DNA of 64,000 nucleotides from the human T2T-CHM13v2.0 reference genome, Homo sapiens (GCF_009914755.1 NC_060928.1), one strand, 5' to 3'; counted from the stretch's first letter, positions 40,380-57,930 are shown. The notes: generated by a model from the letters alone, not told the origin. Numbers and translations are program-made.

Positions 40380-42699
40380 ACAATAGATAAAGTAGACTGG
40401 GTAACAAACAGACCCAGGTGTACAATGCTCAAAACCAGAATATTGCTTTTTTGACTCACAAGTTGGGAGTAGAGCACAGGGAGGTATGATATGATTCGGG
40501 GAGTGCAATATCTTTAACACATTCCATGGAAGGTTTCCCTGAGTGTAGAATCCATCCCAATCATGGGGAAGTAGAAAAAGCTGGTGATAGGCACATGGAG
40601 GCTTCCAAGGGCCGGAAGTAAAGGTGGCAGCTACCCTTTTCACTCACATGGAGTCTGACTGTAGGCCTATAGAAAAGAGAAAAATCAAATTGGTTGCTAA
40701 CCAGGAGTCTCTTCTTAGAGATCATCCTTTAAATCCTTATCAATTTGCAGGCTTTATATATGCTACAAGCATACCAGTGGTGAATAGCACAATGCCCATG
40801 GATTAGTACATATTAAATAGATTTAAAACGTCTACCAATATCATGTACGTGTGATAACAGTGATGCTCTGTTTTTAAACACCCATTCATCCTCAGTAGAA
40901 CACTCAGGGAAATATTATTCACATGGCTGTGTAATATCTCTCCTATTGCATCTTTTGTCATTTTCCTAGTTTGGGGTGCTGTATTGTTCAATTTTTGAAT
41001 TCTATGTCATATTTCCTGGCATAATCAGCTTTTCTGATGTTAAACAGGCAAGTTCCCTGTCAGAGCTGATATACAAATGCAAACAGTTGATATTTCTATC
41101 ACATATAGTCTAAATCCTAGTCTTCATTAAAGAGAGATGGCATTTCTTTCCATGAGTATAGCTGTAATATTAAAATATGTGAAATTTTAGAGGTATAACT
41201 CTTTGAAATTATAATATTCCATTAATTCAATAGAAAAGCCTTTATTAAACTTATACTATGTGTTATGCACATTACAAGGCCCTGGGGTTGCAGTGGGTAA
41301 ATGTTTTAAGGAATTTACAGGATAATATGAAGACAACATTGTAGACTGATTAGAGAATAATGTGAACACAAAATATTTAAAATATATCTGTGTATCTTTT
41401 TATTTTGGGATACTGAGGTGGGAGTGTTTTAATTATACATTTTGACAAAATAAAATAACTAAGTAGCTTCTGCTCTAAGGATTATTTAAAAGAGTCTCCA
41501 CTGCAATTACTTAAAAGTACATTATTTCCTGGAAATAACAATATTTCTTCTACTTCAGTAAGTGTGGTTTTAGAAGTACTGTATTAAAATTTGGGGGTAG
41601 TATGCTGGAGTCAAGCTAGACTTCTAAATTTTCCTCTGAGATAAACATTTAGAAGAATGAAAAAGATAAACAAACAAATCAGCCAGGAAAACACAAGAGC
41701 AGTAAGACTAAAAAGTGTGAAGTCTTGTGTTCTTATCTTGGTGAAAGCAATATTTGGTGAAAGAGGAATTTTACATTTTTAAAAATCTTGCACTTTGAAT
41801 CCATGTAGATTCCAGATCTCATTTCCTGTACCCTATACTCAAAGAGTGTAAAAAAACTTACAGGTAGGTAAAAGAAATTCTGATAAAATATCTTACTACA
41901 CACCCCCGCCAACACACACATACACACTTGCAGAGAGAGAGATCAAGAAGAGAAGCAGAGAAGTAGAAAGAGCAGACATTCTCTCCTTATCACATTTACA
42001 TCCCATCTGGGACAGGAAATAAATTCTGGATCTCATCTATTTGGTGGCTCTTGGCTAAAAAGAAGTTTAATGGATCGTTTAGAGGTAATTGTCTTCAGCA
42101 GTACTTAAAAGAGAGAATGAAAATAGTCCCTTTAGAAAGCAGGACAGGGTGCAATCTCAGATAAAATTAGATCTTCCAAGTGAATGACATGCAGGTTCAC
42201 AGAAGAGAGATATCCAAAATCTGTAGTAACAAGAAGCAGATCAGTTGCCATGAGCTAATGACTGGGGCAGAGGGGAAGAGGTTTTTCCTTTAAAGAAGAA
42301 CTAGAAAATATTTGATGTGGAGGAAGGGAATATTTTGAGTATTGTTTTGTTAACACAATTATCTATGTTTGTCCAAATACATGGAACTGAACACTTAAAG
42401 TGGCTTAATATTATGGTGTGTAGCTTATACCTCTCTAAATTTGTCTAAAAATACACTAACCAAAAAGAAGTACGGTAATCCACATATTCGGAAGGATCTC
42501 CTGAAAACAAAGGTGGGGAGGAGGAGATCGTGAGCTGAGAGTTGAACTGAAACTGAGAGAGGGAAGCTCCTGTAAAGTGGCGGTGCAGGGGAGTACCCTG
42601 AGGGCAATCCACAATATCTTTGCCACCGTTAGAAACAAGAGACCCCCAATTGTAACAGAATCCTCTGAAGGGGAAGAAAATGGCTTCATACTATTGCTA

Positions 42700-43641
42700 G
42701 GTAGACAGATAAAACAAAATATGAGAGAATTTAGGAAACATGAAGAATAGAATGGGAAAGTCTATCATACATGGCTAATGAAATAGTCCAAAGTGAAAAG
42801 CGAAACGCATGGTGAAGACATGATACAAGTATTTTTTGAAGACATAACTGAAACATTTTCTGAAGATATTGAAGATATAAATCCTCAGGTACACAAAGCA
42901 CAGTTTAAAATTATCGAGTAAACAAAAAGGTACACATCTAAAGGCATATAAGAATACTGAGAAACGCCAGTCTCATGGAAGATATTTTAAAAGTAGCTAG
43001 AGAGGTACATGTAAAGTCCCCTACCTAAGGGCAATTAGACCGATGAGAGATTTCTCAGCAATTAAAGCCTGAAGATAGGGTTCTATATTCTGGGTGTAGA
43101 ATGCTGAGAGAACATCATTGTCCATCAAGATTTGTGTATCCAGCAAAAGTATCTTTTGAATACAAAAGTAAAGTAAAGAAAATTCTCAAATATTAAAAAA
43201 TTGAGTTTCAATGATCAATTCTATACTACAGAACCTCTAAAGGAAGTTTGAACATTAGTAAAGGGGGAAAACTGAGTAAGAAAACAAAACAGAACAATAC
43301 AAAATCTAAATATATTTCAGGGCAAGAGAAGAGAAAAATATGCAGAATACATAAATAAACAAACATAAATAAATACAGGATAAAGAAATTCATAACATAA
43401 GAAATTAAAACTATCAATATATTTGCTTGTAATCATGGCAAATGTAAATAGATTAAGCCATCATTTAAGAAGAGGTGGCATATTGGATTTCAAAAATTTA
43501 GCTATCTGCTTTGCAATAGAAGACAAAATAAAAACAAAAATACTTTGAAATATGTAAGGGATGAAAAATAAATACTAGGTAATTATGAATCAAAATAAAG
43601 TTTATATGGCTTTAATTATATCAGGCAAAATAATACCTTAA

Positions 43642-43685
<44 letters not shown>

Positions 43686-44820
43686 TTAGGCATAGAAGGT
43701 TATTTTATAAGGATAAAAGTTTTAATTCATCAGAGAGTTACAAAAATTCTGTATTTTATATACCATATAAAATAACAGGGAGAAACTGAGAAATCTCCCC
43801 TAAAATGAGAAACTTAAAACACTTCTTGAAATTTTAGTAATCTTATATAGAAGAAACATTTATAAATGTGTAGTTAATTTGAAATATGCAATTAACAAAC
43901 TTGATTTCCAGAGGTTTATCTATAAATCAATCTTTCTATGTGTAATTACAAATTAGATATTCTTCTCAAGCTCATGTCAAATGTTCAAACGTTGATATGC
44001 TAGGATATAACAGAACTTTTAAAAAATGGTGACATGTACATATTCTACTATGACCACAGTGAAATACATTTGAAGTCAAAGAGGTAGATTCTTAATAAGA
44101 GCACTGAAATATTTAGAATTCTAAAATCATACTTGTAAAACAAAGAAATTAATCAAAGAAGAAAACATAATGAATAACTTAAAATGTTAGAAATGAATAC
44201 TAAAGAAGTTACAAGTAAAATTATTATATTTAAATGTCTATTTTAGAAAAGGCTAAAAGCAATAAGCATATTATAAATTTAAAATTTTCAAAAGAAATAA
44301 AAGAAAAATAAATCTAAAACAATTAGAAACATGATAAATACAGAAGAAAAATTGATAAAATGGAACAAAAACACAGTGAAGGGGATTTGCAAAGCTAAAA
44401 GTTGGCTCTTTGAAAAGGCTATTAAAATAGAGAAATGTTTGTCAATATCGACCAAGAACAAAAGTTAGCAAACTAAAAAATATATATTACCATTAAAAAA
44501 ATTGGAATTAATATCACCAATAATTCAGATACTATAAAAATCTACATGTCAAAAATATTTACAGCGTAGTTGAAATGAACACACTCCAAGATAAACTAAC
44601 TTACCAAAACTGCATCTAAAAAGTACTTTTAAAAATTTGAAAAGCCCTGTAATCATTAAGGAATTGAAACTACTAGTCTAAATTTTCCGACCAAAAAAAT
44701 GCTGGGAGCAATTTAAATTATTCCTTGAAATTTCTGCAGCTATAATAATCACAGATTATACCACTATTGTATAAATTCACTGAGAAAGAGGGAAAACAAT
44801 AAAGAGGGAATGCTCCCCTA
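42700..44820 (+). mobile_element. Decayed old L1 (ORF1 end and ORF2 5' part)
   Basis: 'gatttctcagcaa', 'atccagcaaaagtatcttt', 'aaatgtaaatagattaa' and 'aagttggctctttgaaaagg' occur in L1 order. Confidence 0.75.
43644..43681. repeat. (CA)n microsatellite
   Basis: Directly visible in the sequence. Confidence 0.95.
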
Positions 44821-45019
44821 ATTTGCTCTCTCCTGAAAGCAGATTTGGAGAGAAATACTTGAGCTCAAGTAGATTAGCTGGGAGGTCTGGTGGCCATCAA
44901 CGCGTGCCCTTCAGAAATCCTTCAAGAGAATCTTTGACAGGAAACAGAGGTAACATGTGTTTGGATCCACGATTTCATTGTGCTGAGACCATACTTTCTT
45001 TACTCTGTTCCCAGTGACT

Positions 45020-45368
45020 GAATAGGATACGGCACTAGTGCTAGCACATTCTTGACCAATCAGGAAATATTCCAATGGGCAACATGTGCTCAGGAATCCC
45101 CATTGGCTTAGCCTTTTCTTTTTCTTTTTCTTTTTTTTTCTTTCTTTCTTTTTTTTTTTCTTTTCCAGAATTGCAGTGTGTTCTGTGGCTCTTTTTATTC
45201 TATTATCCTTCTCCTCTTTTCTGCATGTCAAACATGCACTGAGGTCTTAATGTTCTCCCTATCTTCCCTGTTTCTTCCTTTTATGTTTTACCCACATGTC
45301 TCCTAATTAATTTTGTGCAGATCTAATCCAGTCTTGGTGTCTGCTTCTCAGAGGAACTTAACATACAT
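45020..45368 (+). mobile_element. LTR16A-like LTR (5' LTR of the adjacent ERVL-type element)
   Basis: Ends 'atctaatccagtcttggtgtctgcttctcagaggaacttaacataca' and is followed directly by internal sequence. Confidence 0.65.
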
Positions 45369-48335
<2,967 letters not shown>

Positions 48336-49200
48336 TGTGAAGAAGAGTAAGTGAGATTGGAGTGGTAGATAACAAAGGCAGAAAGGCAAATAAGAATGGA
48401 TCATATGGAACATTATAGAACAGGCTAAAGAACTTCAAATGCAATGATAAGACTGGGAACCAACAGGGTCTGATATATAATTCTTAAAGAACACTCTGGC
48501 TGCTGTGGGAAGAAGGACCAAAATGGACCATGCAGAAACAAAATGGAAGTGGGAAGCAGGTAAATTGACAGGTGATGAAGAATGAGACTGGTAACAAAGG
48601 GGACAATAAAAAGGAATCTCTTTTGCATTTGATTTAGATATAAAAGTAATAATAATGGCTGACAGATTTCAATGTAGCATTCAATATGTGGCAGTATTTA
48701 TCAAAACGTAATATTTATATGAATCATCCAGGGATCCTGTTAAAGTGCAGATTCTGAATCTGTAGGTTTGAAGTGGAAAATGTGATTTTGCATTTCTAAA
48801 AATGTCCCAGGTGATGGTAGTCCTGGATCACACTTTGAGTAGCAACTACTCAAGGATTGGAATTGAGAATGATTTTAGAGATTTTAAGCTGAGCAACTAG
48901 CTGGATGATGAAGTAAGGCAGGTAAAAGAACATTACACTGTTGCTGGTTGGAGCAACGGTGGATTAAACATTTTGCTTTGGTCAAAATAAATATAAGATT
49001 GTCATTAAAAATCCATGTTGAGATAACAAATAAGAAATTGAATCTGTAAGTCTGGAATGCGGAAGAGCAGTACAGATACTGTATTTTAGGATCATCAGCT
49101 GATAAATGGTATTCCAAGCCATGGCATTGTAAGAGCTAATTTAGAGAGAATAGGTACACAGAAACTCTAACTGGGCCAAGTCCTGAGGTCTGAGTCACTC
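48336..49200 (-). mobile_element. L2 fragment with a nested MER5-type DNA transposon (~48690-48845)
   Basis: 'actctggctgctgtgg' is L2 text; 'gaatcatccagggatcctgttaaagtgcagattctga...cacactttgagtagca' is MER5. Confidence 0.65.
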
Positions 49201-49328
49201 TTAAATTTACAGTGTAAAATATAAATTAAGCCCTCATATTTTTAGGTTCAGAAGCTGTCAAAAGTATTTTTATTGCTGTGTTTTTCAGCTTTTGATGAAG
49301 GAAGAAAGCACAATATTGCAACCATCTC

Positions 49329-49332
<4 letters not shown>

Positions 49333-49374
<42 letters not shown>
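49333..49374. repeat. (CA)n microsatellite
   Basis: Directly visible in the sequence. Confidence 0.95.
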
Positions 49375-49376
<2 letters not shown>

Positions 49377-50867
49377 GTTGGAGGGTTACTTTAGCTTTTG
49401 TTTAGAACAAAGAAAGGAAAGGAAAAAATAGACAAGTCATTTCATTTACACGTAAGTGAATAGCAGGTACGCATTTTATTAAATAATGTTTTTCCTACCA
49501 CCCCACCCCCTAAAATATATGACCCTTGAAAACTTTCTCAAATAAAACAATAAAAACTTTCAAAGTTAATATAAACCTCAGTGGTAAAGTTTATATTTCA
49601 CATGACTGAAGGGAGGCACAGTAATTTCATTTGGAAGAAATATTATTCTTAACTTTTACACTGAAAGAGAGAAAGATATAAAACAAGCACTCTGCCACTT
49701 ACACCTGATCACAGAAAATGTTACAGTTAATTGTCTAGTGAAGCTCAATCTCATTAGATGGCAGGCTTTAATTTTTTCCTTTGTGGTTTGTAAGTACTCT
49801 GACCCTTAGTTTTTCTGAAAAGCTAAAAAAAATGATTTATATAGCAGACTGTGAGAAATGTATATTTATATCTAATTGAAATACAGCACCATTGTAAAAT
49901 TAATGCTGACTTTATATCATTAAATACTTATATTTCTGATTTCATATTTTTCTTGATTAAAGAAAAGGATAATTGTTTTATGTCTATAAAATCTGAAAAA
50001 AAAGACAAATTATTTGAATTCCATTCTACTAAAAATAAATGGATCTTTTCTTTAAATGAAAGCCAGCTCATATAGACAGTAGAAAAGAGGAAGAGAAGAA
50101 GGGGGGAAGAAAGAGGGAAATGTAAGGCAAAAGCAAAGGATCTTTAATAGTGAAACACTGGAAACCCTCTCATTAAAGGTCAAACAAGGCAAGGATGGCC
50201 ACTGTCAATGTGTTCCTGTAACATTATTCTGGACACACTAGCAAATGCATTTAGTCAAAAGTAACGTATGTGTGTGTGCTTTGTATAAGTATGTAGTCTA
50301 AATGGATATAGTCTTTTATATTTCTAGATGAAGCAAAATTTTTTTTAGATTATATCATTAGATCAAATGATATATAGCTGAAACACTCAAGAAAATCAAC
50401 TGAAAATTCATTAAAAGCAATGTGAGAATTCAGCACTGTGAGTTCTTCTTTATACATAGAAATAGTATTTAGAAAAAAAATGAAAAAAAATCCTACACAA
50501 AATAAAAAATAAAACCCTGAAATTTTGGATGTTGAATTAAATAAATGTATAGAACATTTAAGAAAATTTTAAAAGTGTACTAAATGCCATAGAAAAATTT
50601 TACCAACTATCCACAGAAAAAAATATTATATTTGGCAACTATTCAGCTAGTTTATTTATATTTTTTATAATTTTTATATTTGGGGGGGTTTTTCCATGAT
50701 TTATTTAATAGTAGTCAATGAAATTGTATTCAATTAAACTTTGCCTAGTGGTTCTTTGTAGGGTAAACAGGATTTTAACTGAAAATCAAAATAGCCCTTT
50801 TTTTTTCAAATTTTGTCTGAAGTAAATAAGTAATATATCAGAATGTGTTTAAATAAAGATGACCCAA

Positions 50868-51157
50868 TTTGGTCAAGGTGGCTCATACCTGTAATCCCAA
50901 CTCTTTGGGAGGCCAAGGCAGTCGGATCTCTTGAGGCCAGAATACCCCACCCTGGGCAAAACTTCGTCTCCACAAAAAGTTAAAAAAAAAAAAATATATA
51001 TATATATATATTAGCCGCGGCATGGTAGCAGCTCCCCCAGCTACTTGGGAAGCTGAGGTGGGAAGATCATGCAAGCCCCAGAGGTAGAGCCAGGATCTTG
51101 CTACTGTATCACTGTATTCCAGCCTGGGTGACAGTACAAGACACTGTCGAAAAAAAA
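50868..51157 (+). mobile_element. AluJ with an expanded central A/(TA)n tract
   Basis: 'ggtggctcatacctgtaatcccaactctttgggaggcc...cagcctgggtgacag'. Confidence 0.88.
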
Positions 51158-51311
51158 GATGAACCAGAAAGTGAGCCCTCACCAGACACTGAATTTGCTG
51201 GTGCCTTGATCTACAACTTTCCAGACACCAGAACATAATAAATCAATTTCTGTTCTTTCATGCTATCCAATGTATGGTATTTTGTCAAGGCAGCCCAAAC
51301 TGACTAAGACA
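51158..51311 (+). mobile_element. MaLR (MLT1A/MST-type) LTR 3' part
   Basis: 'gagccctcaccagacactgaatttgctggtgccttgatc...gcagcccaaactgactaagaca'. Confidence 0.8.
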
Positions 51312-51391
51312 AAAAGATTGCTTCAATATTCAAAAATCAATTAATGCAATCCATCATCTCAAGAGTCTAAAGAAGTAAAACCATATAATCA

Positions 51392-52530
51392 TGTGTGATA
51401 TTATGATATATATATATATATAGACTTTTGTCCACTGTTTCTGGCTCACAACTGTCATAGCACTTGTTTATTTTTTTCCTAAGTTACTAAAACAATAAGC
51501 ATATCTTCTGTTAAAGTATTTGGCTTTTTGTCCTTGGCTCCTGAAAAAGCTTTGAAACAGCTTTAGAGCCATAAAGGTGAGAGACAGTCTTTTGTTAAAA
51601 TGTTGCAGTACTTTAGGCCTCGGAAAACAGAATCTCTTCTCTCTGACCTTCTTCTGCCCTCCTTTCAACTGCTCTTTTTTCTCCCCAACTGGACATGCAG
51701 TAGACACTAAAAATGCACTCTAATCATTCCCCGCCTTTCTGTTTTGGAGCTGGCAATAAAGACATTTTCTGGCTTACCTTGGTCTGACTGTAGGTCGTAA
51801 GACCCCCATTTCAGGAGGGGTCCTGCCCCATACCCTGGAGAAAGAAACGCTGCACAGAGAGGCCAAGAAAAATCTGAACACACAGTTCTTGCTGAGTTTC
51901 CCCCACTCAGACTATTAGTATTAGATCATGCCCGTTTTATCCAATCACGTTTCTACAAAGTTATCCATACTTCAATCATATCTATCCAATGAAGTCTCCA
52001 TGAAAAGCCCAAAGGGATGGAGGACAGATAACTTTCAGGTAGCTGAGTACACGGAAGTTCCTGGAGGCTGGCGTGCCTAGGAAGGGCGTAGAAGCTCCAT
52101 GACCCTTCCCATACCTTGCCTTATGCATCTCTTCATCCGTAGCTTGTGTAATATTCTTTGTAATAAACCAGTAAACATAAGTAAGTGTTTCCCTGAGTTC
52201 TGGGAGCTGCTCTAGCAAATCAATCAAACCCAGAGAGGGAGTCATGAGATTTCCAATTTATAGCCAATTAGGAGCACAGGTAAAACAACGTGGGGCTTGC
52301 AAATGTCATCAGAAGTGAGAGATGGCCTTGTGGGACTGAGCCCTCAACCTGTGAGATCTGATGCCAACTCCGGGTAGATAGTGTCAGAATTAAATCAGAG
52401 GGCACCCAGCAGGTGTCCACTGCAGAACTGATACTTGCTTGATGGTGGGGAAAAATCCCCACACATTTGGTGACAGACGTCTTCTGCGTTGATTGTTGTG
52501 GTGTGAGAACAAAGAAAAAACAGTTTAAGA
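51392..52530 (+). mobile_element. MER21-family LTR
   Basis: 'taagtaagtgtttccctgagttctgggagctgctctagcaaat...ttgtgggactgagccctcaacctgtg...ggaaaaatccccacacatttggtgacaga'. Confidence 0.75.
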
Positions 52531-52549
52531 TTAAGAATAAGGTAATTTT

Positions 52550-54910
52550 TTCCCTCACCACTCCTATTCAACATCATACAGGAAGTCTTAGCTAGTGCAG
52601 TATAAAAAGAAAGAGAAAGAAAATGTTCAATTGATTAGAAGAAAGAAATAAAGCTCTTTGTAGATGACACAATTACCTATAAGAATATCCCAAGGAATCA
52701 TCATCAACAACAGAACCATTAAGCAATTATAGCAATGTTGCAGAATACAAGGTTAACATATGAAAGTCAACTGATTTCCTACATGCCAGCAATGAACAGT
52801 TTGAATTTAAAATGCAAAGAATAATACCACTATCATTTACACCAAAAAAGGAGATATACTTAGCTGCAAATCTAACAAAATATGTACAAGATCTACATAA
52901 GGAAAAAAACAAAACCTCTGAAGAAAGAAATTTTAAAAATCTAAATAAATGGAGGGATATTTATGTTCATATATAAGAAGATTTAATACCATTAATTTGT
53001 CAGCACTTCCCAAATTAATTTATAAATTCAATTGCAATTAATGTCTTGACAAATTATTTTGTGGCTATCCACAAAAATAATTCTAAATTTTATACAGAAA
53101 GGCAAAAGACCAAGAATAGCTAAAGAAAACACTGAAAAAGAAAGATATAGTTCGAGGACTGACACTACTCTTCTTTATAAATTATTATAAAGCTACAGTA
53201 ATTAAGAGAATGTGGTATTGGTGAAGGAATAGAAATAGATACATAGATCAAAGGAACGCAATAGAGTGAAGAAATGGACCCACATGAATATATTCAATTG
53301 ATCTTTGATAAAACAGCAAAGACAATTTAACAGAGAAAGGATACTCTTTTGAACAAATGATTCTGGAAAAACTGACTATCCATATGAAAAAAAAATTAAT
53401 CTACACACCAATATTGCACCTTTCACAAAAATTAAAGCAACACAAAACATAGGCCAGAAGTAAAATGGAAAACTATAAAAACTCTAGAAGATATCATAGG
53501 AAAAAGTCTAGATGATCTTAGGTTTGGCAATAAATTTTAAAATTCCCCACCAAAAGCTTAATCAATGGAAGAAAAAATAGAAAGTTTGGACTTCTATACT
53601 GCACGTTATATTTTTAAATTGATACATTATATTTGCACCTATTTATGGGATACATGTGATATTTTGTTACATACATATAATGTGTAATGGTCAAGTAATT
53701 ATATTTAGGGTATCCTTCAAGCACTTATTATTTCTATGTATTAGGAACATTTCATGTCCTCTCTTCTAGCTATTTTGAAATATAAAATATGTTGTTATTA
53801 ACTATTGTTACTCTGCTATCTAACATTAGAATTTATTCCTTCTACCTAATTGTATGTTTATACTACAGTCCCAAAGAAAATATTTGCAAAACATATATCT
53901 GATAAAGGACTTGTGTTTAAAATGTAACACAAAAACAAAAGGCCTCTTACAACACAACAACAAAAAAATTAACAAAATAGACGAAAAATCTGAACAGTCA
54001 CCTCACTAAAAATATATAGAGATGTCAAATAAGCATATGAACAGTTGCTCAACAGGATACATTATTAGGGAAATGCAAATTAAAACAACATTGAAATACC
54101 ACTACACACGCATTACAAGGGCTTAAGTCCAAAACACTGTGCGTACTAATTGTGGACGAGGATATGGAACAACAAGAACTCTAATTGATTCCTAATGGAA
54201 ATACAAAAAGATACAGCTACTTTGAAAAACAGGCAGTTTATGACCAAGCTAAACATAGCATATGATCCAACAATTTCACTCCTAGGTATTGACCCAAATG
54301 AATTGAAGACTTATTTAAAAAAAAAATGTTTACGTGAATGTTTGTAGCAGCTTTGTAAGATCCCCTTCAATATGTGAATATACACATTATTTTATATATA
54401 TTCATAAAATGTAATACTATTTAGCAATAAATAGAAATGAGCTATCACCGAAAGATGTGGAGGAACCTCAAATGCATATTGCTAAATGAAAGTAGCCAGA
54501 CTTTTAAAAAGCTACAAACTGGATGATTCTAGTTACATGACATTCTCAAAAAGGCAAACCTATAGAGATAGTAAACATGTCAGTGGTTTCCAACAGGTTT
54601 GGCAATAGGTGGTTAATAGCTGAAGTATGGGAGATTTTTAGGACGATGATGCTATACTGTAAGATGCTGTGATGGTGGATACCTGACACTGTACATTTGT
54701 CAAAACCCATAGAACCCTATGACACCAAGAGTGAACCCAATGTAATCAACAGACTTTCATAATAGTGGGTCAATTTTGGTTAATCAACTGAAACAAATGC
54801 ATCACACTAATATAAGATGTTAACAATAGGGGAAACTGTAGGAAAGGGTTTATATCAGAACTCTGTGCTCTCTGCTCAATTTTTCTGTAAACCTAAAATT
54901 GCCATGAAAT
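52550..54910 (+). mobile_element. L1MC/MD-type element (ORF2 3' half and 3'UTR)
   Basis: 'ctcaccactcctattcaacatcatac', 'tttgtagatgacacaatt' (FADD region) and 3'UTR text ending 'tttttctgtaaacctaaaattgc'. Confidence 0.8.
53610..53865 (-). mobile_element. L1MA 3' end nested in the older L1
   Basis: 'atttatgggatacatgtgatattttgttacatacatataatgtgtaat...ctcttctagctattttgaaatata'. Confidence 0.75.
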
Positions 54911-56769
54911 GAGATGTCTGGATCAGCACTTCCTTGGAGATGCACTGAGAACCCCCAAAATAAATACTTAATATTCCACATAGTAAAAGTTTTAGGTCAT
55001 CTCAAAAACAGCCTCCAACATATGTTACAAAATTTTCAGCCTTATGCACGTGTTATGGAATAGGAAAATACAGATCAATAGATAGAATCTTGATCGTATT
55101 AAAATAGTTCTAAGCTTTGAATTTACACAATAGTCTCAGCATCATTCTAATTATATTTATGTAAGAAATCCACACTCAATCAAGGGCTCAGCATCTTCTA
55201 CGAGAAAGAAAGATGAGATCTTTCTAACAATACCTAGATGAGCCCTTTTTTGCCAGTTCATTTCATGTCATATTATTCCTACATGATACATGTGCATGAT
55301 TTCTGGTGGATTAGGAAGAAGCGCAGCTGGCAGCAACCATCAAAACTCAAATCCACATCTGTTGTGATATTGCCAAAAAGAACTCTTCACTAATTTATTT
55401 GACAAAACATCTTTTACCCACCACCCCTTCTCACAGAAGCACAAGACATTTTCAAAAAACATCTGGACCCTCTCCTAAAAGGAGGCATTTCTTATCTTGT
55501 AAGACATTATTTTCATTAGATTTTACTATAATTTGCTATTATTATGCAATGAAACACTGAGAATAATATATTGGTGACAGAGATATGTTAATTCAAAAAT
55601 GATTTTTTGGATTCTTTTGGAAATCTTTCTTAACTCTTCCAACTGTCTCAGGCTTTCCAAGATAACAAAAAAAGCAAATTACTTTCTTTTTCTAGTTCAG
55701 CAAATTTTTAAAGTCTCTTATTTATTTTTCTCAAGAATTGGCATTATTAAATCTTCAAGTCTCCAAATGTTCATTTAAAATAATTTTAGTACTAAAGTAT
55801 AAAATCCACAGTTTTTATGTTAAGGTTCTAAAAATCTTTTGTATTTGCTATATTGCACTGTAATCGTAGTGTTTATTCATTCTTTAAATATATGAGACTG
55901 ACCACATAGTGGATGATTGAGTTAACCTTGATCTAAGAGTTTTAACTTAAGCATTTTCTAAGTACTTAGAGTTTACTACTCAATATTTATTGGTTCTATA
56001 TGACACAGTATCTGTTTTAATTATGATGTAAGACGTTAGGTGATATAAAATCATGAGACACTACACTGAGATATGAAAAGTATTCCAAGTATAAAAATAA
56101 TTTCCTAATTAGAGATGTGTGTTAAAGCTCTGAGGTTTTCAAGCATGAAAAAAGTGTTTATGCTCAGAAATGTTAAAATGATCACATGAGTAAATTTATG
56201 TAACACTATGCTTGTGTGCAAATCATAAATTATCATTTCCAGCTGTGTTTCTAAAAAACTCTTACACTGTACTTTCAAAACAGTTTTTGGGTAATTAGTT
56301 ATAAAATAGCTTATAAAATTTACAAGGCTGGTCTAGTTAAGTTGGTGCTGAACTTTAATGCAAACTATTAATCTGATAAACAAATAAATACCCATTTTCT
56401 CTCCCAAATATCGCATTAACTATGTAGAAAAGCAAATAAACCAATAGGTTTGGACAGCAGTTTTTGAGAGGATGAGAGGTAGGAAATGAATCAGAGAGCC
56501 ATGAGCCAAATGAGGTAACACAGGTCCTTTTAAGGAGTTTAAACTAAACTTAATTTCAGTTAGGGAAGTAATTTGGAGAGATTTAGGCAGACAGTTTCTT
56601 CTATATATATATATATATATATTTTTTTTAAGTACTCTTTCTAATATTTTCCAAAAAAAGTTATAGGTAGAAAAAGGCATAATCTTGGAGGCCAGAAAGG
56701 AGGTGATGTTCATGTCAGTGACATGTTTAGTCAAAATATATATTTTTGAGAACTGGCCCCGCAGTATAT

Positions 56770-57930
56770 TTAGGTAGCACAAATAAATTACACAACCATG
56801 TGTCCCAAATTACCACATCAATTACCTCTCTTGCATAAATATCTCTCCCACAGCTCACATCTACGGCCTCATGAAGGTTTCTTTATGATAAGGAAAAGAT
56901 TTAGGCCAGGTTTAAGGTTTGGTCACATCCATAAGTTAGAAGAAGCCAAATATGGGCTGCTGCCAATGACAGTCCCACACTGAAAGACAATTGTTAGAAG
57001 AAATAATATACAGATTTTCAAGCACTCCACCTGGTCCTCAAGTTTGTGTGGAGGAAGAGGTAGTTATTGGTAAGGTTGTACATAGACTCATGGGCAGATG
57101 TGGATGCATTGACTGCTTGGTCTGGTCGTTGAAGGAGCAAACTTGGAATTCCACTGACAGAGAAAAACTTGTGGAAAGGCTTGTGGACCTATGGGAAGCA
57201 AAAGTGTATGAATTCTTGTGACTCATATCCTGGAATCATTTAAGCATCTTCTACAGAAGAGATATATAACCATTTTATATATATATATGGTTTTATATAT
57301 ATATGTCATCATAGTGTTTATTCATTCTTAAATATATGAGACTGACCATATAGTGGATGATTGAGTTAACCTTGATCTAAGAGTTTTATATATATATATA
57401 TATATGCATATATATACACATTTTATATATATATGCATATATACACATATAGGTATAGGTATAGATATATACACATATAGGTATATATATGTTTGTGCTC
57501 ACACACACACACACACACACAGAGGGAGAGAAAGAGAATGACTCATTCATGATGATGTTAACCAGCACCCATCCTTAGTCACCACTGTACTTGCATAACA
57601 GTCCTATAAACAAAGCTGTCATGATGCATGACATCAGGTACACACAGTGTGGATGAGCCCCATAATATAAGCTACCCTTTACCAAGGTCAACCTAGCTAC
57701 TGCCAATCCTAAAATCACCAGCAGAGACCAATGAGGCCATAGATGTGGGCTGAGGGAGAGATGTTGATGCAAGAGATGTAGTTGACACAGGGATTTGGGA
57801 CATATGGTTGTGTAGCTACATTATCTTTCTAGCAGATCAATCATCTGTCTGATGGCAAGTAAATTCATCAGACTGGTCTCTTTCCCCATGGACAAAACAA
57901 AGATTTATCTTTAGTGGAATTATATCTATT
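56770..57930 (+). mobile_element. ERVL-class pol remnant interrupted by an AT/CA-rich tract
   Basis: Translation GSTNKLHNHVSQI at 56773 (ERVL GTSKLHEQVAQ-like) and 'tacatagactcatgggca' (YTDSWA-like). Confidence 0.6.
57268..57520. repeat. (TA)n/(CA)n low-complexity tract with an embedded 85-bp copy of 55859-55944
   Basis: Directly visible; see findings. Confidence 0.9.
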
